From: a virus
Taxonomy: Duplodnaviria; Caudoviricetes
Direction: 5' to 3' (one strand)
Virus record (IMG/VR): IMGVR_UViG_3300029258_001571
Location: 1 to 51,719 of that record
DNA: 51,719 nucleotides
Position numbers and translations under genes: made by a program. Below the pieces are notes generated by a model, which worked only from the letters and a program-made list of their open reading frames with translations, was not told where the DNA came from and searched no databases. This document shows, piece after piece, positions 18,276-25,965 of the stretch (within the stretch, counting starts at the first letter, position 1; every line of letters begins with the position of its first letter).

Positions 18276-18508
18276 TTGAGTCTCCCTGTCATGATCTCAT
18301 CGAGGCTGAGCATGCTAAAGAATGCTTCTATTCTATCTATGCAGTCTTTGCATACATACCCATTGCCTCCGCCAATGCCGAAGATGGTTTCTGATATCTC
18401 CAGGCTTCCAATAAACACATTGATATTGAGTTTTCCTGGTTTAAATTCATCTTCGTCTGTTGACGTGTGGCCACACAAATCACATTCATAGTTGCATGTT
18501 AAACCCAT
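18272..18508 (-). CDS. small zinc-finger protein
   Basis: CDLCG...CKDC; GGAGG RBS. Confidence 0.65.
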   Translation of the reverse strand: MGLTCNYECDLCGHTSTDEDEFKPGKLNINVFIGSLEISETIFGIGGGNGYVCKDCIDRIEAFFSMLSLDEIMTGRLK

Positions 18509-18516
18509 GATACCTC

Positions 18517-19137
18517 CTAATGCTGAAAGAATATCACTTGCTGGTCCTCATCTGGTGTCTGAAGACAGTGCAAGCAATCTCTTCCGCATACAATTTTCCT
18601 CCCTGAAAATTCGGGGGAGGTTGCCGGACATACGAACAGCTTATCGCCAAACTCTTCGAGCTTGTCGAATACGTAGTCGGACGGGCCATAGTTATTACTA
18701 CCATCAGGCAGGAACGATGACTTGAAGTTGCAGTTGTCATGGTAATTGAGCAGGCGGTATGCCAATTCATCCCTGGTGTAGCCAAAGAACAGGTACTGCG
18801 GGAATCGTAGGATGATAGTCTCCCAAGCTAGCAGGTACGGTGTATTGTAGAAGTCTCCTGCAACGTGCACCCTGACCACCCTCTCTGGTTGCCGTGATCT
18901 CTTGTCGAATGCTGTAAGCTCTGCTGATATCTGCTCAATCATTTCGTTCGGTTTCTGCGTCAAGTCCCAGTTTCTTTCCCATGCATCACGTACGTTCTTG
19001 AGTCGCCGATAGAATTTGTAGGCATAGCACGTGTTAAAGCACTGACTATTGTCAAAGCATCCCTTGCCTGGAGGGATAGACCAGTTGAGGATGTAGCTTG
19101 CCAGTTTCTGGTTGCCGTGCTGTAGCAGTTGCATCAA
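18517..19137 (-). CDS. GP88-family (radical-SAM-like) protein
   Basis: NQKL, Cx5Cx3CYA, RVHVAGDF, YTR, CPA...CGRDCLHC. Confidence 0.75.
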   Translation of the reverse strand: MMQLLQHGNQKLASYILNWSIPPGKGCFDNSQCFNTCYAYKFYRRLKNVRDAWERNWDLTQKPNEMIEQISAELTAFDKRSRQPERVVRVHVAGDFYNTPYLLAWETIILRFPQYLFFGYTRDELAYRLLNYHDNCNFKSSFLPDGSNNYGPSDYVFDKLEEFGDKLFVCPATSPEFSGRKIVCGRDCLHCLQTPDEDQQVIFFQH

Positions 19138-19454
19138 TACCCGCTTAGATCACATAATATCTCGTGATGCCCTTGATTACTGTTGTCCACCGTATTTAGG
19201 TTGCATGCCAGGCGGTAGTTCCCATCAACGGGGTTGTCCTTATTGTACCCCCTCTTATCCAGGTACCATCTCAGGAACTCTACCATTACCACGTCTGGTT
19301 CCATCCTGTCAAGTGGAGAGCAGGCTTTATTTTTCCTGGTTTTAGCAAGGCTCTTAACGTAGGTCTTGGCATGATTAACGATGCTCATCCCATCCCAATG
19401 GGAACTCAGAATGGCACTCTTCCACTTGTCGCCTCCGTACGGAGACTTGCTCAC
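19134..19454 (-). CDS. hypothetical protein
   Basis: ORF coupled to the GP88-like gene. Confidence 0.5.
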   Translation of the reverse strand: MSKSPYGGDKWKSAILSSHWDGMSIVNHAKTYVKSLAKTRKNKACSPLDRMEPDVVMVEFLRWYLDKRGYNKDNPVDGNYRLACNLNTVDNSNQGHHEILCDLSGY

Positions 19455-19473
19455 AAATTATAATGATACTCTG

Positions 19474-20004
19474 TCACCCATGATTTCTCCTTTTCTTGAG
19501 AGGATTACTCACCTTGGCAAAGGCCACGGCCCTCTCAACCGCAGCCCTTTCTGCCAACTTAGCCTTGACAATCTGTCGGGACTCAACAAAGCGTATCGCT
19601 CTCCGCCTGCCGAAGCGTTGTGTCATAGCGACACTGTATCCACCGGGTATAATATGTCCGGTTGGCATCCATCGTTCTGCTTCCGGGGAGAATGACTTGC
19701 TGTGTTTCAAGTCCCTAACCTCTGGTTCTTTCTTGTCGAACCTGAGTTTATATTTCAGCCATTTCAATGGGATTGTATACCACCTCAGAGTAGACACCTC
19801 GAAATCCATGGTGTACTCTGCCTTACATGGCCTCCTGTTTCCACGTCTAGTGATATACTCTCCCATCTTGATGGACTTATATGCAGGCCAAGGAAGATTG
19901 CCTAATTCCTTGACCATGCCCCATTGGTGAGGCTTCGGCCTGTTAAAACATGATTGCCAAAGCCAGCCCAACCACCACCAAAAACCTACGTATCGCATGA
20001 TCAC
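19474..20004 (-). CDS. hypothetical basic protein
   Basis: ORF coupled to the ArdC-like gene. Confidence 0.5.
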   Translation of the reverse strand: MIMRYVGFWWWLGWLWQSCFNRPKPHQWGMVKELGNLPWPAYKSIKMGEYITRRGNRRPCKAEYTMDFEVSTLRWYTIPLKWLKYKLRFDKKEPEVRDLKHSKSFSPEAERWMPTGHIIPGGYSVAMTQRFGRRRAIRFVESRQIVKAKLAERAAVERAVAFAKVSNPLKKRRNHG

Positions 20005-20873
20005 TCACTTTCCATTGTATCATCTTTCGTTCTCCTGATCAAGCGTTTTACTATTCTTTCTGCCGATTGCAGGATGTAGATAGAGGACTTGTCAATGATA
20101 GACTCTGCTTCTTCCCCTCCCCAATGGCCGATGTAAAACTTGGATGAGTCGGACTCGATGCCAACCATAGAGCATGCAACATAGGCTGTGGCCTCAGCCT
20201 GCACCTCTTTCATCTGCGGAGTGAACCAGTCATGCTTCCGTTCGGTATGACCAAGCCAATGGTGTGCAATCTCATGGAATAGGGTGTGAAGCATAGCCTC
20301 CTGCTTCCTTGGTGTGATGCGGATGATGTGCTTGTCTCCGATGGTAGTAGCATAGCCTCCGGCCTCGCCATTATAGCCGACCCTGATCTCGAAGTCTCCC
20401 TTGAATGCCTCGACTGCCTGTTCGAATGTAACTGGGGCATCACCGTTGATCATGTCTTGTGCTCCGATGTTCAAGTCTTCTCCCTCTGTATCTTCGATAG
20501 GTATGGGGCCGAGCCTCCAGTTGAAGAATATCCTTGCCCGTTTCTTCTCCTCATCGGTCAATGGATCCCGCCATTTGTACTTGCCAACCTTAGGGTTTTC
20601 GTTCCTCACCTTGGGAGCAGAGGGTACGAGCACATAGTATTTCCTGGCGTTATCCTTTGGCTGCCGGTTCTTTTGTGCCCATTTGCTTTTGTTGGCAAAG
20701 AGACTCCCACTGCCATGCTGTATCATAAGCATGATACTGTTGAACAACGAGTAATGATAGGGCATCACTCGCCATTTGGCAGCGAAAGACTTGAGCTTGT
20801 CCTTGTCCTTAACTAGCTGTGATGCTAGCTCCTTGAGATGTTTCTTTGCTTCTCGTTCATTCATTGTACTCAT
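20001..20873 (-). CDS. ArdC-like ssDNA-binding/zincin (antirestriction-type) protein
   Basis: YSLFNSIML N-domain; HEIAH and EVQAE metallopeptidase motifs; YIGHW. Confidence 0.8.
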   Translation of the reverse strand: MSTMNEREAKKHLKELASQLVKDKDKLKSFAAKWRVMPYHYSLFNSIMLMIQHGSGSLFANKSKWAQKNRQPKDNARKYYVLVPSAPKVRNENPKVGKYKWRDPLTDEEKKRARIFFNWRLGPIPIEDTEGEDLNIGAQDMINGDAPVTFEQAVEAFKGDFEIRVGYNGEAGGYATTIGDKHIIRITPRKQEAMLHTLFHEIAHHWLGHTERKHDWFTPQMKEVQAEATAYVACSMVGIESDSSKFYIGHWGGEEAESIIDKSSIYILQSAERIVKRLIRRTKDDTMESE

Positions 20874-21369
20874 CCCTCCCTGTCGTTATCTCATCTCTTA
20901 TGCCGCTTCTAATCCGCCTGGATTTAGTGGCCATTAAAGGACTCATTACCCTAACCCTATTTCCGTCCGTAGACTCTGTTGTAGCCTCAATAGTCGCAAC
21001 GAAACCTGTTCTGAATTGTACAATAGTATAACCATCCAAACGAGGGGTGTAACCTATAATATCGTCCTTTCTTACCATGACTTTGATAAGATAATCTCCA
21101 ATGCCATGCCGCCTTGCAAGACGTTTGCTAGTATAGCCCATGTATCCATAGATGGGATCCGTGGACTCTGGCAACCATGCTCCAATCATGTCGGCATAGT
21201 CAAACCTAATTCCATGATGCATATGTGCCAATTCATGCATGCTAACAATCTGTCCTGTTTCTCTGCACATCGGCTGATATTTCCAGATGGTATACATGCC
21301 TTTGAATGGCCATGTCGGCTTGCGTTTCAAGCCCTTTGGAATAGAAAAACGTGTGATTCTTATGCACAT
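20857..21369 (-). CDS. hypothetical protein
   Basis: AAAGGAGG RBS. Confidence 0.6.
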   Translation of the reverse strand: MCIRITRFSIPKGLKRKPTWPFKGMYTIWKYQPMCRETGQIVSMHELAHMHHGIRFDYADMIGAWLPESTDPIYGYMGYTSKRLARRHGIGDYLIKVMVRKDDIIGYTPRLDGYTIVQFRTGFVATIEATTESTDGNRVRVMSPLMATKSRRIRSGIRDEITTGRDEYNE

Positions 21370-21383
21370 TTTGTGCCTCCTTT

Positions 21384-21401
21384 ACTGCAACATATTGCAG
21401 T
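21384..21401. promoter_or_regulatory. 18-bp palindrome ACTGCAACATATTGCAGT
   Basis: directly upstream of the RBS of the 21369 gene. Confidence 0.7.
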
Positions 21402-21805
21402 CATGTTTCCTCATCATAGCAAGGCATGCTAGTTTTCATAAGCATGCCATCCCAGGGATCATGGCGACCGAGATAGATGATCCAATCCTTGATCTGATCG
21501 ATGCGATGTTCTCTCCATGCCTCGTTCAACTCTTTGTCTTTTGTGACTCCGCGTCTAAGGTATGATACTGACGGCGGGACAACATCATCCTCGCCATAAA
21601 AATACCTGACCCATTCGCCTGTATAATCCTCGCAGTCAAGGCCGGTCATTTTACTCCAAATGCAACCTTTGCAGGTGAGTTCAACAGCTAGCTCAGAGTG
21701 CTCCATAACCCTGCACAGCGGACAGTAAGATAAATCTGCCCCTGTTGAATAGACTTCCAACAATTCCTTGAGTGCATCAATCATTGCGTCTCTTACTGTT
21801 TGCAT
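21401..21805 (-). CDS. Cys-rich hypothetical protein
   Basis: CPLC...CKGC; AAGGAGG RBS. Confidence 0.6.
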   Translation of the reverse strand: MQTVRDAMIDALKELLEVYSTGADLSYCPLCRVMEHSELAVELTCKGCIWSKMTGLDCEDYTGEWVRYFYGEDDVVPPSVSYLRRGVTKDKELNEAWREHRIDQIKDWIIYLGRHDPWDGMLMKTSMPCYDEET

Positions 21806-21806
21806 G

Positions 21807-22013
21807 TTAATCCTCCTTTAACAAATCTTTTTCTCGTTCTATGTAAATACCCTGATTAATATCAGAGACTGAGCCTCCGATTTTTACATAGAAATCCAGT
21901 GCCTTGCCTGGTGATTCAAACACCATGACATTGTTAGCCTTATCCAAGACAAATTCCATTGGATTTAGCATGACTCCATGTGGATAACGCCCTATAACCC
22001 ATTTTGTATTCAT
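21807..22013 (-). CDS. hypothetical protein
   Basis: GGAGG RBS. Confidence 0.6.
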   Translation of the reverse strand: MNTKWVIGRYPHGVMLNPMEFVLDKANNVMVFESPGKALDFYVKIGGSVSDINQGIYIEREKDLLKED

Positions 22014-22014
22014 G

Positions 22015-22245
22015 TTAGACCTCCGTTTCTTTGATTACAGCCAAGGCATTCAAGTCCTCGAGCATGACCTTTTTGATAACGCTTTCCTTGTGTGCAGGCA
22101 TTACATTTGCCCATACAGGATGCGTTTGCCTCAAGGAATACAATGTTTCACCTTGAAACTTGACTGCCTCTCCATTGACTATGATAGGCAGGTACTCAGA
22201 CCTATCCCTATCACTCCACACAACTACCAATTTCGCCGGTTTCAT
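22015..22245 (-). CDS. hypothetical protein
   Basis: GGAGGTG RBS. Confidence 0.6.
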   Translation of the reverse strand: MKPAKLVVVWSDRDRSEYLPIIVNGEAVKFQGETLYSLRQTHPVWANVMPAHKESVIKKVMLEDLNALAVIKETEV

Positions 22246-22248
22246 GAT

Positions 22249-22419
22249 TCACCTCCCTACTTGCCACCATTCCATGTCCAGATACTTGGGCCTGGCATAG
22301 GCTTTGTGGCTGTCTTTGTCTGGTCTGCTGTCCCGGGCCTCAGACCTTTGCCCTTTCCTAGCAATGATGGTACAAGGCTTGCCATCTTTGCGTACAAACG
22401 TTGGGATGTAGCGTGTCAT
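22249..22419 (-). CDS. 56-aa hypothetical protein (not in ORF track)
   Basis: GGGAGG RBS; MTRYIPTFVRKDGK...; fills an intergenic gap. Confidence 0.55.
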   Translation of the reverse strand: MTRYIPTFVRKDGKPCTIIARKGQRSEARDSRPDKDSHKAYARPKYLDMEWWQVGR

Positions 22420-22428
22420 TGAACCTCC

Positions 22429-22644
22429 CTAGATTTCGCCGTCCCATTTCCACATCGAGCAGTCCCTTGCCAGTCCCATCAAGGTATACTGTTGACCAAG
22501 CAAGACATCTTCCTTTGTGGCAATCTTGAGACGGAGAGCGATGCCCTGGTAGACCGAGCACACCTTGGCATGGGAGCAGTACATGCAGGACTTTACCTGC
22601 TCCTTGAAGATGATTGAAGATTCTAGTTTGTCCTTAGTGAGCAT
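22429..22644 (-). CDS. small Cys-containing protein
   Basis: GGGAGG RBS; CMYCSHAKVC. Confidence 0.6.
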   Translation of the reverse strand: MLTKDKLESSIIFKEQVKSCMYCSHAKVCSVYQGIALRLKIATKEDVLLGQQYTLMGLARDCSMWKWDGEI

Positions 22645-22655
22645 GACAAACCTCC

Positions 22656-23018
22656 CTAAAACTCCGTATCCTCGCCGTTAAAGAGGCAAACAAAGCCCTC
22701 GGAGACTGCGGAGAGTATCCGTATGCCGGAGCCTTTCAGCAAATCGTTGAGGGCTTCCATTGTATCTCCGATACTCACCCCGCTATCCCTTATGGTTTTG
22801 AAGATAGCATTGGCATCCAAGGTTTTGACCTCATAGGGGAGCACGCTTTGCATGTCAGCGATGCAGTCTATGATGGTATCGACCTTGTCCTTTGCCTCCT
22901 TGAGGCCCAGTCCGGTGGTTTCACGGACATACTTGATGGCTTCGATTTTCTTACCATCGGCCAGGAAGCCGATAACTTTGAGTAAGAAAATCCCAAAGAA
23001 TTTAGCTAACGTGTTCAT
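22656..23018 (-). CDS. ribosomal protein L7/L12 C-terminal-domain-like protein
   Basis: KKIEAIKYVRETTGLGLKEAKDKVD; AAAGGAGGT RBS. Confidence 0.8.
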   Translation of the reverse strand: MNTLAKFFGIFLLKVIGFLADGKKIEAIKYVRETTGLGLKEAKDKVDTIIDCIADMQSVLPYEVKTLDANAIFKTIRDSGVSIGDTMEALNDLLKGSGIRILSAVSEGFVCLFNGEDTEF

Positions 23019-23125
23019 TAGAACACCTCCTTTGATGAATTAGCCTACATGCCCTTGCAAGGCATGAATGAGGCTTTAAGCAGGGGCTTGAAGCACGCTG
23101 CCCCTGCCTGCTCAGCCTTTAGGCT

Positions 23126-23536
23126 TTAGCTGTAGGACTTGACCACTGCCTGAGGGGTCATCCGTTTGATCTTGCGGTAGGACTGCTTCCAGTACCCATA
23201 GAGATCATCGCAGTATCCCTTGGCTACGGCGTTAAAGAGCTTCTTGCTCTTGGTCTTGAGCAGGGAGTCATACATGGCTTTCCGGTTGGCATTGACTCCC
23301 CAGAAGATCTTCCGGCAGGCCTCCAGGTTCTCTTTGTCCGTGAAGTAAGCCCGTTTGCACTTCTGGTTCAGACCTCTGCACAGGGCCTGAGTGATGCGGT
23401 AGTCCCTGATCTCCCGGTAGATCTCCCTGGCCTGTTCCTTCTTGGCCTTGGGCAAGCCCTTGATGTAAGCCTGGGCTTCCTTGACTTCCTCAGGGGAAGC
23501 CTCAAAGATGTTGGGATTGATAGTGATGGTTGGCAT
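23126..23536 (-). CDS. first leftward (early) gene, basic hypothetical protein
   Basis: GAGGAGG RBS before MPTITI. Confidence 0.65.
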   Translation of the reverse strand: MPTITINPNIFEASPEEVKEAQAYIKGLPKAKKEQAREIYREIRDYRITQALCRGLNQKCKRAYFTDKENLEACRKIFWGVNANRKAMYDSLLKTKSKKLFNAVAKGYCDDLYGYWKQSYRKIKRMTPQAVVKSYS

Positions 23537-23636
23537 GATAGCCTCCTCAATTTGATTTGCTGATTGAATCAGCACTCCAATCGTACCATAAAATGGGCAA
23601 AATCACCAAACTACCTCGAGAAGATGCTGTTTTTTT

Positions 23637-24025
23637 AGCATGCAAAACATGCCCCAATTTCGCCGATCGTTCACCTCTTTGTTCACCTAATAGCATACAT
23701 ACCAGACAAGTGAACATTGCATGCATGCTCCCTCCGGCTTGCTAGCATGCTTTCCCCAAGAATACATATACATATCTATATGCATGCTACTAGATGTAGT
23801 ATGCATGCTTCCTTACCTACACAAGATCTGGTATGCTAGCATGCAATCCTGGGGCATGGCAGGCATGCATGCATGCATGCATACCCCCGGTGGGCTGGCT
23901 GGCTAACCCAAAGCCCCCCCCATGAGCCGGAAGCAGTGACTATCAGCCCTTAAAAATCCAGCAGGAAAAGCCAGCATATATGCATGCATGCAGAAAGCAT
24001 TTGACAAGCCCCCGCGTTGCATGCT
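23637..24025. repeat. non-coding GCATGC/(GCAT)n-rich divergent junction
   Basis: many GCATGC palindromes, including the run gcatgcatgcatgcatgcat near 23863-23882. Confidence 0.85.
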
Positions 24026-24030
24026 ATAAT
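24001..24030 (+). promoter_or_regulatory. sigma70-type promoter for the tRNA array
   Basis: TTGACA-18bp-TATAAT with TG extension. Confidence 0.85.
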
Positions 24031-24051
24031 AGTAGATGTAGGCGGTGAGAG

Positions 24052-24267
24052 ATGAGGATAAGAGACCAGGTTACAGACGTATTGACTGATGGCCTTAATC
24101 CAAAGGATGGGCTTTTGCCGGATCAGATTCCTGTGCATGTGCATCTTGGCCGAGATTCGATCCACTTATGGGTTACTGTGCCGAGGAATTTGCGCCGTGA
24201 GGGGCCTTTCAGGTTTGACGATGTTATTGGTGCTATCAGGAATATCCTGAGGAGGCACATGACATGA
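24052..24267 (+). CDS. hypothetical protein
   Basis: first ORF after the promoter. Confidence 0.55.
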   Translation: MRIRDQVTDVLTDGLNPKDGLLPDQIPVHVHLGRDSIHLWVTVPRNLRREGPFRFDDVIGAIRNILRRHMT

Positions 24268-24515
24268 AGCTCAGAATGCCGAGGTTGCTTGCTAATTTGC
24301 TTGCTCGCTTTGAGCTTGCGACTGAGGTTGAGCAGGATACTGAGGAGGATCAGAACCCATACTTAACTGTGGATGAGGCAAAGGATCTTGAGAGCCGTGT
24401 GGATCTTTTGAAGGAAGCCGAAAGAACCATAGGCAGCACTCAATGGGTTGATTGGGAGAGTAAGGAATCACAAGGGCGGAAAGGATTAACCAGCTTGCAA
24501 GGGCGGAGGGGCTAA
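24264..24515 (+). CDS. hypothetical protein
   Basis: GAGGAGG RBS; ATGA overlap. Confidence 0.55.
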   Translation: MKLRMPRLLANLLARFELATEVEQDTEEDQNPYLTVDEAKDLESRVDLLKEAERTIGSTQWVDWESKESQGRKGLTSLQGRRG

Positions 24516-24590
24516 CATTGGCGTGTGCAGCGGTCTTGAAAACCGTAGGGTGTGAAAGCTCTGGGAGTTCGAATCTCCCTCCCTCCTCCA
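24505..24590 (+). tRNA. tRNA-Ser(UGA)
   Basis: gcggt-ctTGAaa-accgt, long variable arm, TTCGAAT, CCA. Confidence 0.85.
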
Positions 24591-24595
24591 CATAT

Positions 24596-24681
24596 GGTAG
24601 GGAGCCGAACGGGTAGGAACATGCCTGCTAAGCATGCAGAGGTGGAAGCCTCAGGAGGTTCGACTCCTCCCCCTACCGCCA
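24596..24681 (+). tRNA. tRNA-Ser(GCU)
   Basis: catgc-ctGCTaa-gcatg, long variable arm, GCCA. Confidence 0.9.
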
Positions 24682-24695
24682 TAGATGAGAAAATT

Positions 24696-24863
24696 ATGAG
24701 GTTTGGCAAGTCGATATGGGACAGGCTTGCGGACCTGGAGCACAGGGTGAACATTTTGGAGGCTGAGGATGAAGATAGCGACAATGGCAGCGGCGAGGTG
24801 CCCGAAGTGCTATCGAAAGAAACTTCGCCTGCAGGTAGACAAAAGGAAGGACCAACAGAATAA
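24696..24863 (+). CDS. 55-aa hypothetical protein
   Basis: MRFGKSIWDRLADLEHRV, between tRNAs. Confidence 0.4.
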   Translation: MRFGKSIWDRLADLEHRVNILEAEDEDSDNGSGEVPEVLSKETSPAGRQKEGPTE

Positions 24864-24993
24864 AAATACATGGGTTTACTCAACGCTGATGAGGTGTGAG
24901 GCATGTGGCTTTGTGCTTGGATACGGTGTGAGGAAGCCTAAGGCCCGGCTGGCCAAAATGGCAAAGGCAGCAGGCTTAGACCCTGTGACGTAG
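24784..24993 (+). CDS. zinc-ribbon protein overlapping tRNA-Leu
   Basis: CPKC...CEACG. Confidence 0.45.
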   Translation: MAAARCPKCYRKKLRLQVDKRKDQQNKNTWVYSTLMRCEACGFVLGYGVRKPKARLAKMAKAAGLDPVT

Positions 24994-25019
24994 AGGTTCG
25001 AATCCTCTGCCGGGTACCA
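24943..25019 (+). tRNA. tRNA-Leu(UAG), short variable loop
   Basis: gcagg-ctTAGac-cctgt, GCCCGGC/GCCGGGT, ACCA. Confidence 0.9.
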
Positions 25020-25021
25020 AC

Positions 25022-25096
25022 ATATCCGTGGTAGTAAAGGTAACACGACAGGCTCCAACCCTGTAGTTGCATGTTCGAATCGTGCCGGGTATGCCA
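25022..25096 (+). tRNA. tRNA-Trp(CCA)
   Basis: acagg-ctCCAac-cctgt, GCCA. Confidence 0.9.
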
Positions 25097-25111
25097 ATTT
25101 AAGGAGTTGAC

Positions 25112-25285
25112 ATGGAAGTCAACTGGAGGGAGTGGTTAATGTACGAAAGAAACAGAGAAATGGACGAGACAGATTTTTCCATGATCTTTGAGGCAGACGG
25201 CATCACACAGGCAGTAACCGACATTGAGGTCGGATACTGGGATAATGATCTGAGCATCGAAGATATGGCGATGGATCTGATTTAG
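25112..25285 (+). CDS. 57-aa acidic protein (not in ORF track)
   Basis: AAGGAG RBS; MEVNWREW...MAMDLI. Confidence 0.6.
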   Translation: MEVNWREWLMYERNREMDETDFSMIFEADGITQAVTDIEVGYWDNDLSIEDMAMDLI

Positions 25286-25286
25286 C

Positions 25287-25362
25287 TGCGGGTGGGAGGT
25301 CTGGTGACCTCGGGTGTCTCATAAGCACCATCAGGTGGGTTCGATTCCCATACCCGCTACCA
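25287..25362 (+). tRNA. tRNA-Met(CAU), initiator-like 1:72 mismatch
   Basis: ggtgt-ctCATaa-gcacc; U1.U72; ACCA. Confidence 0.85.
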
Positions 25363-25374
25363 AAAGAAATGAAT

Positions 25375-25471
25375 CGGTGGCCCAGGTAAGGGTTACTTCG
25401 TTTGAATCGAATACCCCCCAATATATGGGGGGTGTGCCCGAAGAGGGCTTTCCCTTGCCGCATGTTCCCCG
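25375..25471 (+). ncRNA. candidate Ro60-associated (Y-like) RNA 3
   Basis: GGUGGCCCAGGUAAGGGUUACUUCG...CCCUUGCCGCAUGUUCCCC, homologous to the RNAs at 11604-11785. Confidence 0.75.
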
Positions 25472-25479
25472 TATAGAAA

Positions 25480-25554
25480 GCGAACGTGGTGTTAACGGTA
25501 GCATTGAGGCCTTCCAAGCCACCGGTGCGGGTTCGAGTCCCGCCGTTCGCTCCA
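25480..25554 (+). tRNA. tRNA-Gly(UCC)
   Basis: ggc-ctTCCaa-gcc, GCGAACG/CGTTCGC, TCCA. Confidence 0.9.
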
Positions 25555-25555
25555 T

Positions 25556-25658
25556 GGGCGGTAAACCTGCATGCTGAAGCCCGGCGGTGGTGGCTGATAT
25601 GATCTGGGTAGCACCCAGGCTCCAGCTAAGGAAGTCGGGTGTAAGGAGCCGCCCTCCA
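25556..25658 (+). ncRNA. unidentified rod-like RNA with acceptor-like stem and UCCA end
   Basis: GGGCGGT/GCCGCCC-TCCA; nested stems; no T-loop or anticodon arm. Confidence 0.6.
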
Positions 25659-25659
25659 G

Positions 25660-25735
25660 GCCAGGGTAGTGTCAATAGCAGCATACCTGTTTTGTAATCA
25701 GGTGGTGGCGGTGCAACTCCAGCCCCTTGGCTCCA
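25660..25735 (+). tRNA. tRNA-Thr(UGU)
   Basis: cctgt-ttTGTaa-tcagg, TCCA; bulged T stem. Confidence 0.8.
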
Positions 25736-25814
25736 GAGACTAACAGCACCGAAGGGTGCGTTTGCCAACCGGGATGGCAGGGAAGGGCACCCGGCAAACA
25801 AATGCCCTTGCTAT

Positions 25815-25887
25815 GCGACTGTGCCGGATGGTCCGGGGCGAGATTGCAACCCTCGTTAAAGGAGTTCGATTCTCCACGGTCGCTCCA
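25815..25887 (+). tRNA. tRNA-Cys(GCA)
   Basis: cgaga-ttGCAac-cctcg, U73, CCA. Confidence 0.85.
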
Positions 25888-25888
25888 T

Positions 25889-25962
25889 GGGTAGGTAGTT
25901 CAGTAGCAGATCACTGCGCTGTGAACGCAGAGACCCAGGTGCAACTCCTGGCTTACCCTCCA
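25889..25962 (+). tRNA. tRNA-His(GUG)
   Basis: ctgcg-ctGTGaa-cgcag, TCCA. Confidence 0.85.
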
Positions 25963-25965
25963 TGT

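Noticed and set aside
23040-23125. Hairpins between the first two early genes as an ncRNA
   Set aside because: Two simple stems (CATGCC/GGCATG, GCAGGGGC/GCCCCTGC) fit a processing or attenuation site; nothing supports a separate RNA
25556-25658. SRP 4.5S RNA or tmRNA
   Set aside because: No GNRA-capped helix 8 with CAGG/AGCA loop; no T arm or tag reading frame
25736-25800. Glycine riboswitch (GAGAC...CACCGAAGG) or HDV-like ribozyme
   Set aside because: Lacks the CUCUCAGG strand and a downstream regulated gene; could not fit the HDV nested double pseudoknot
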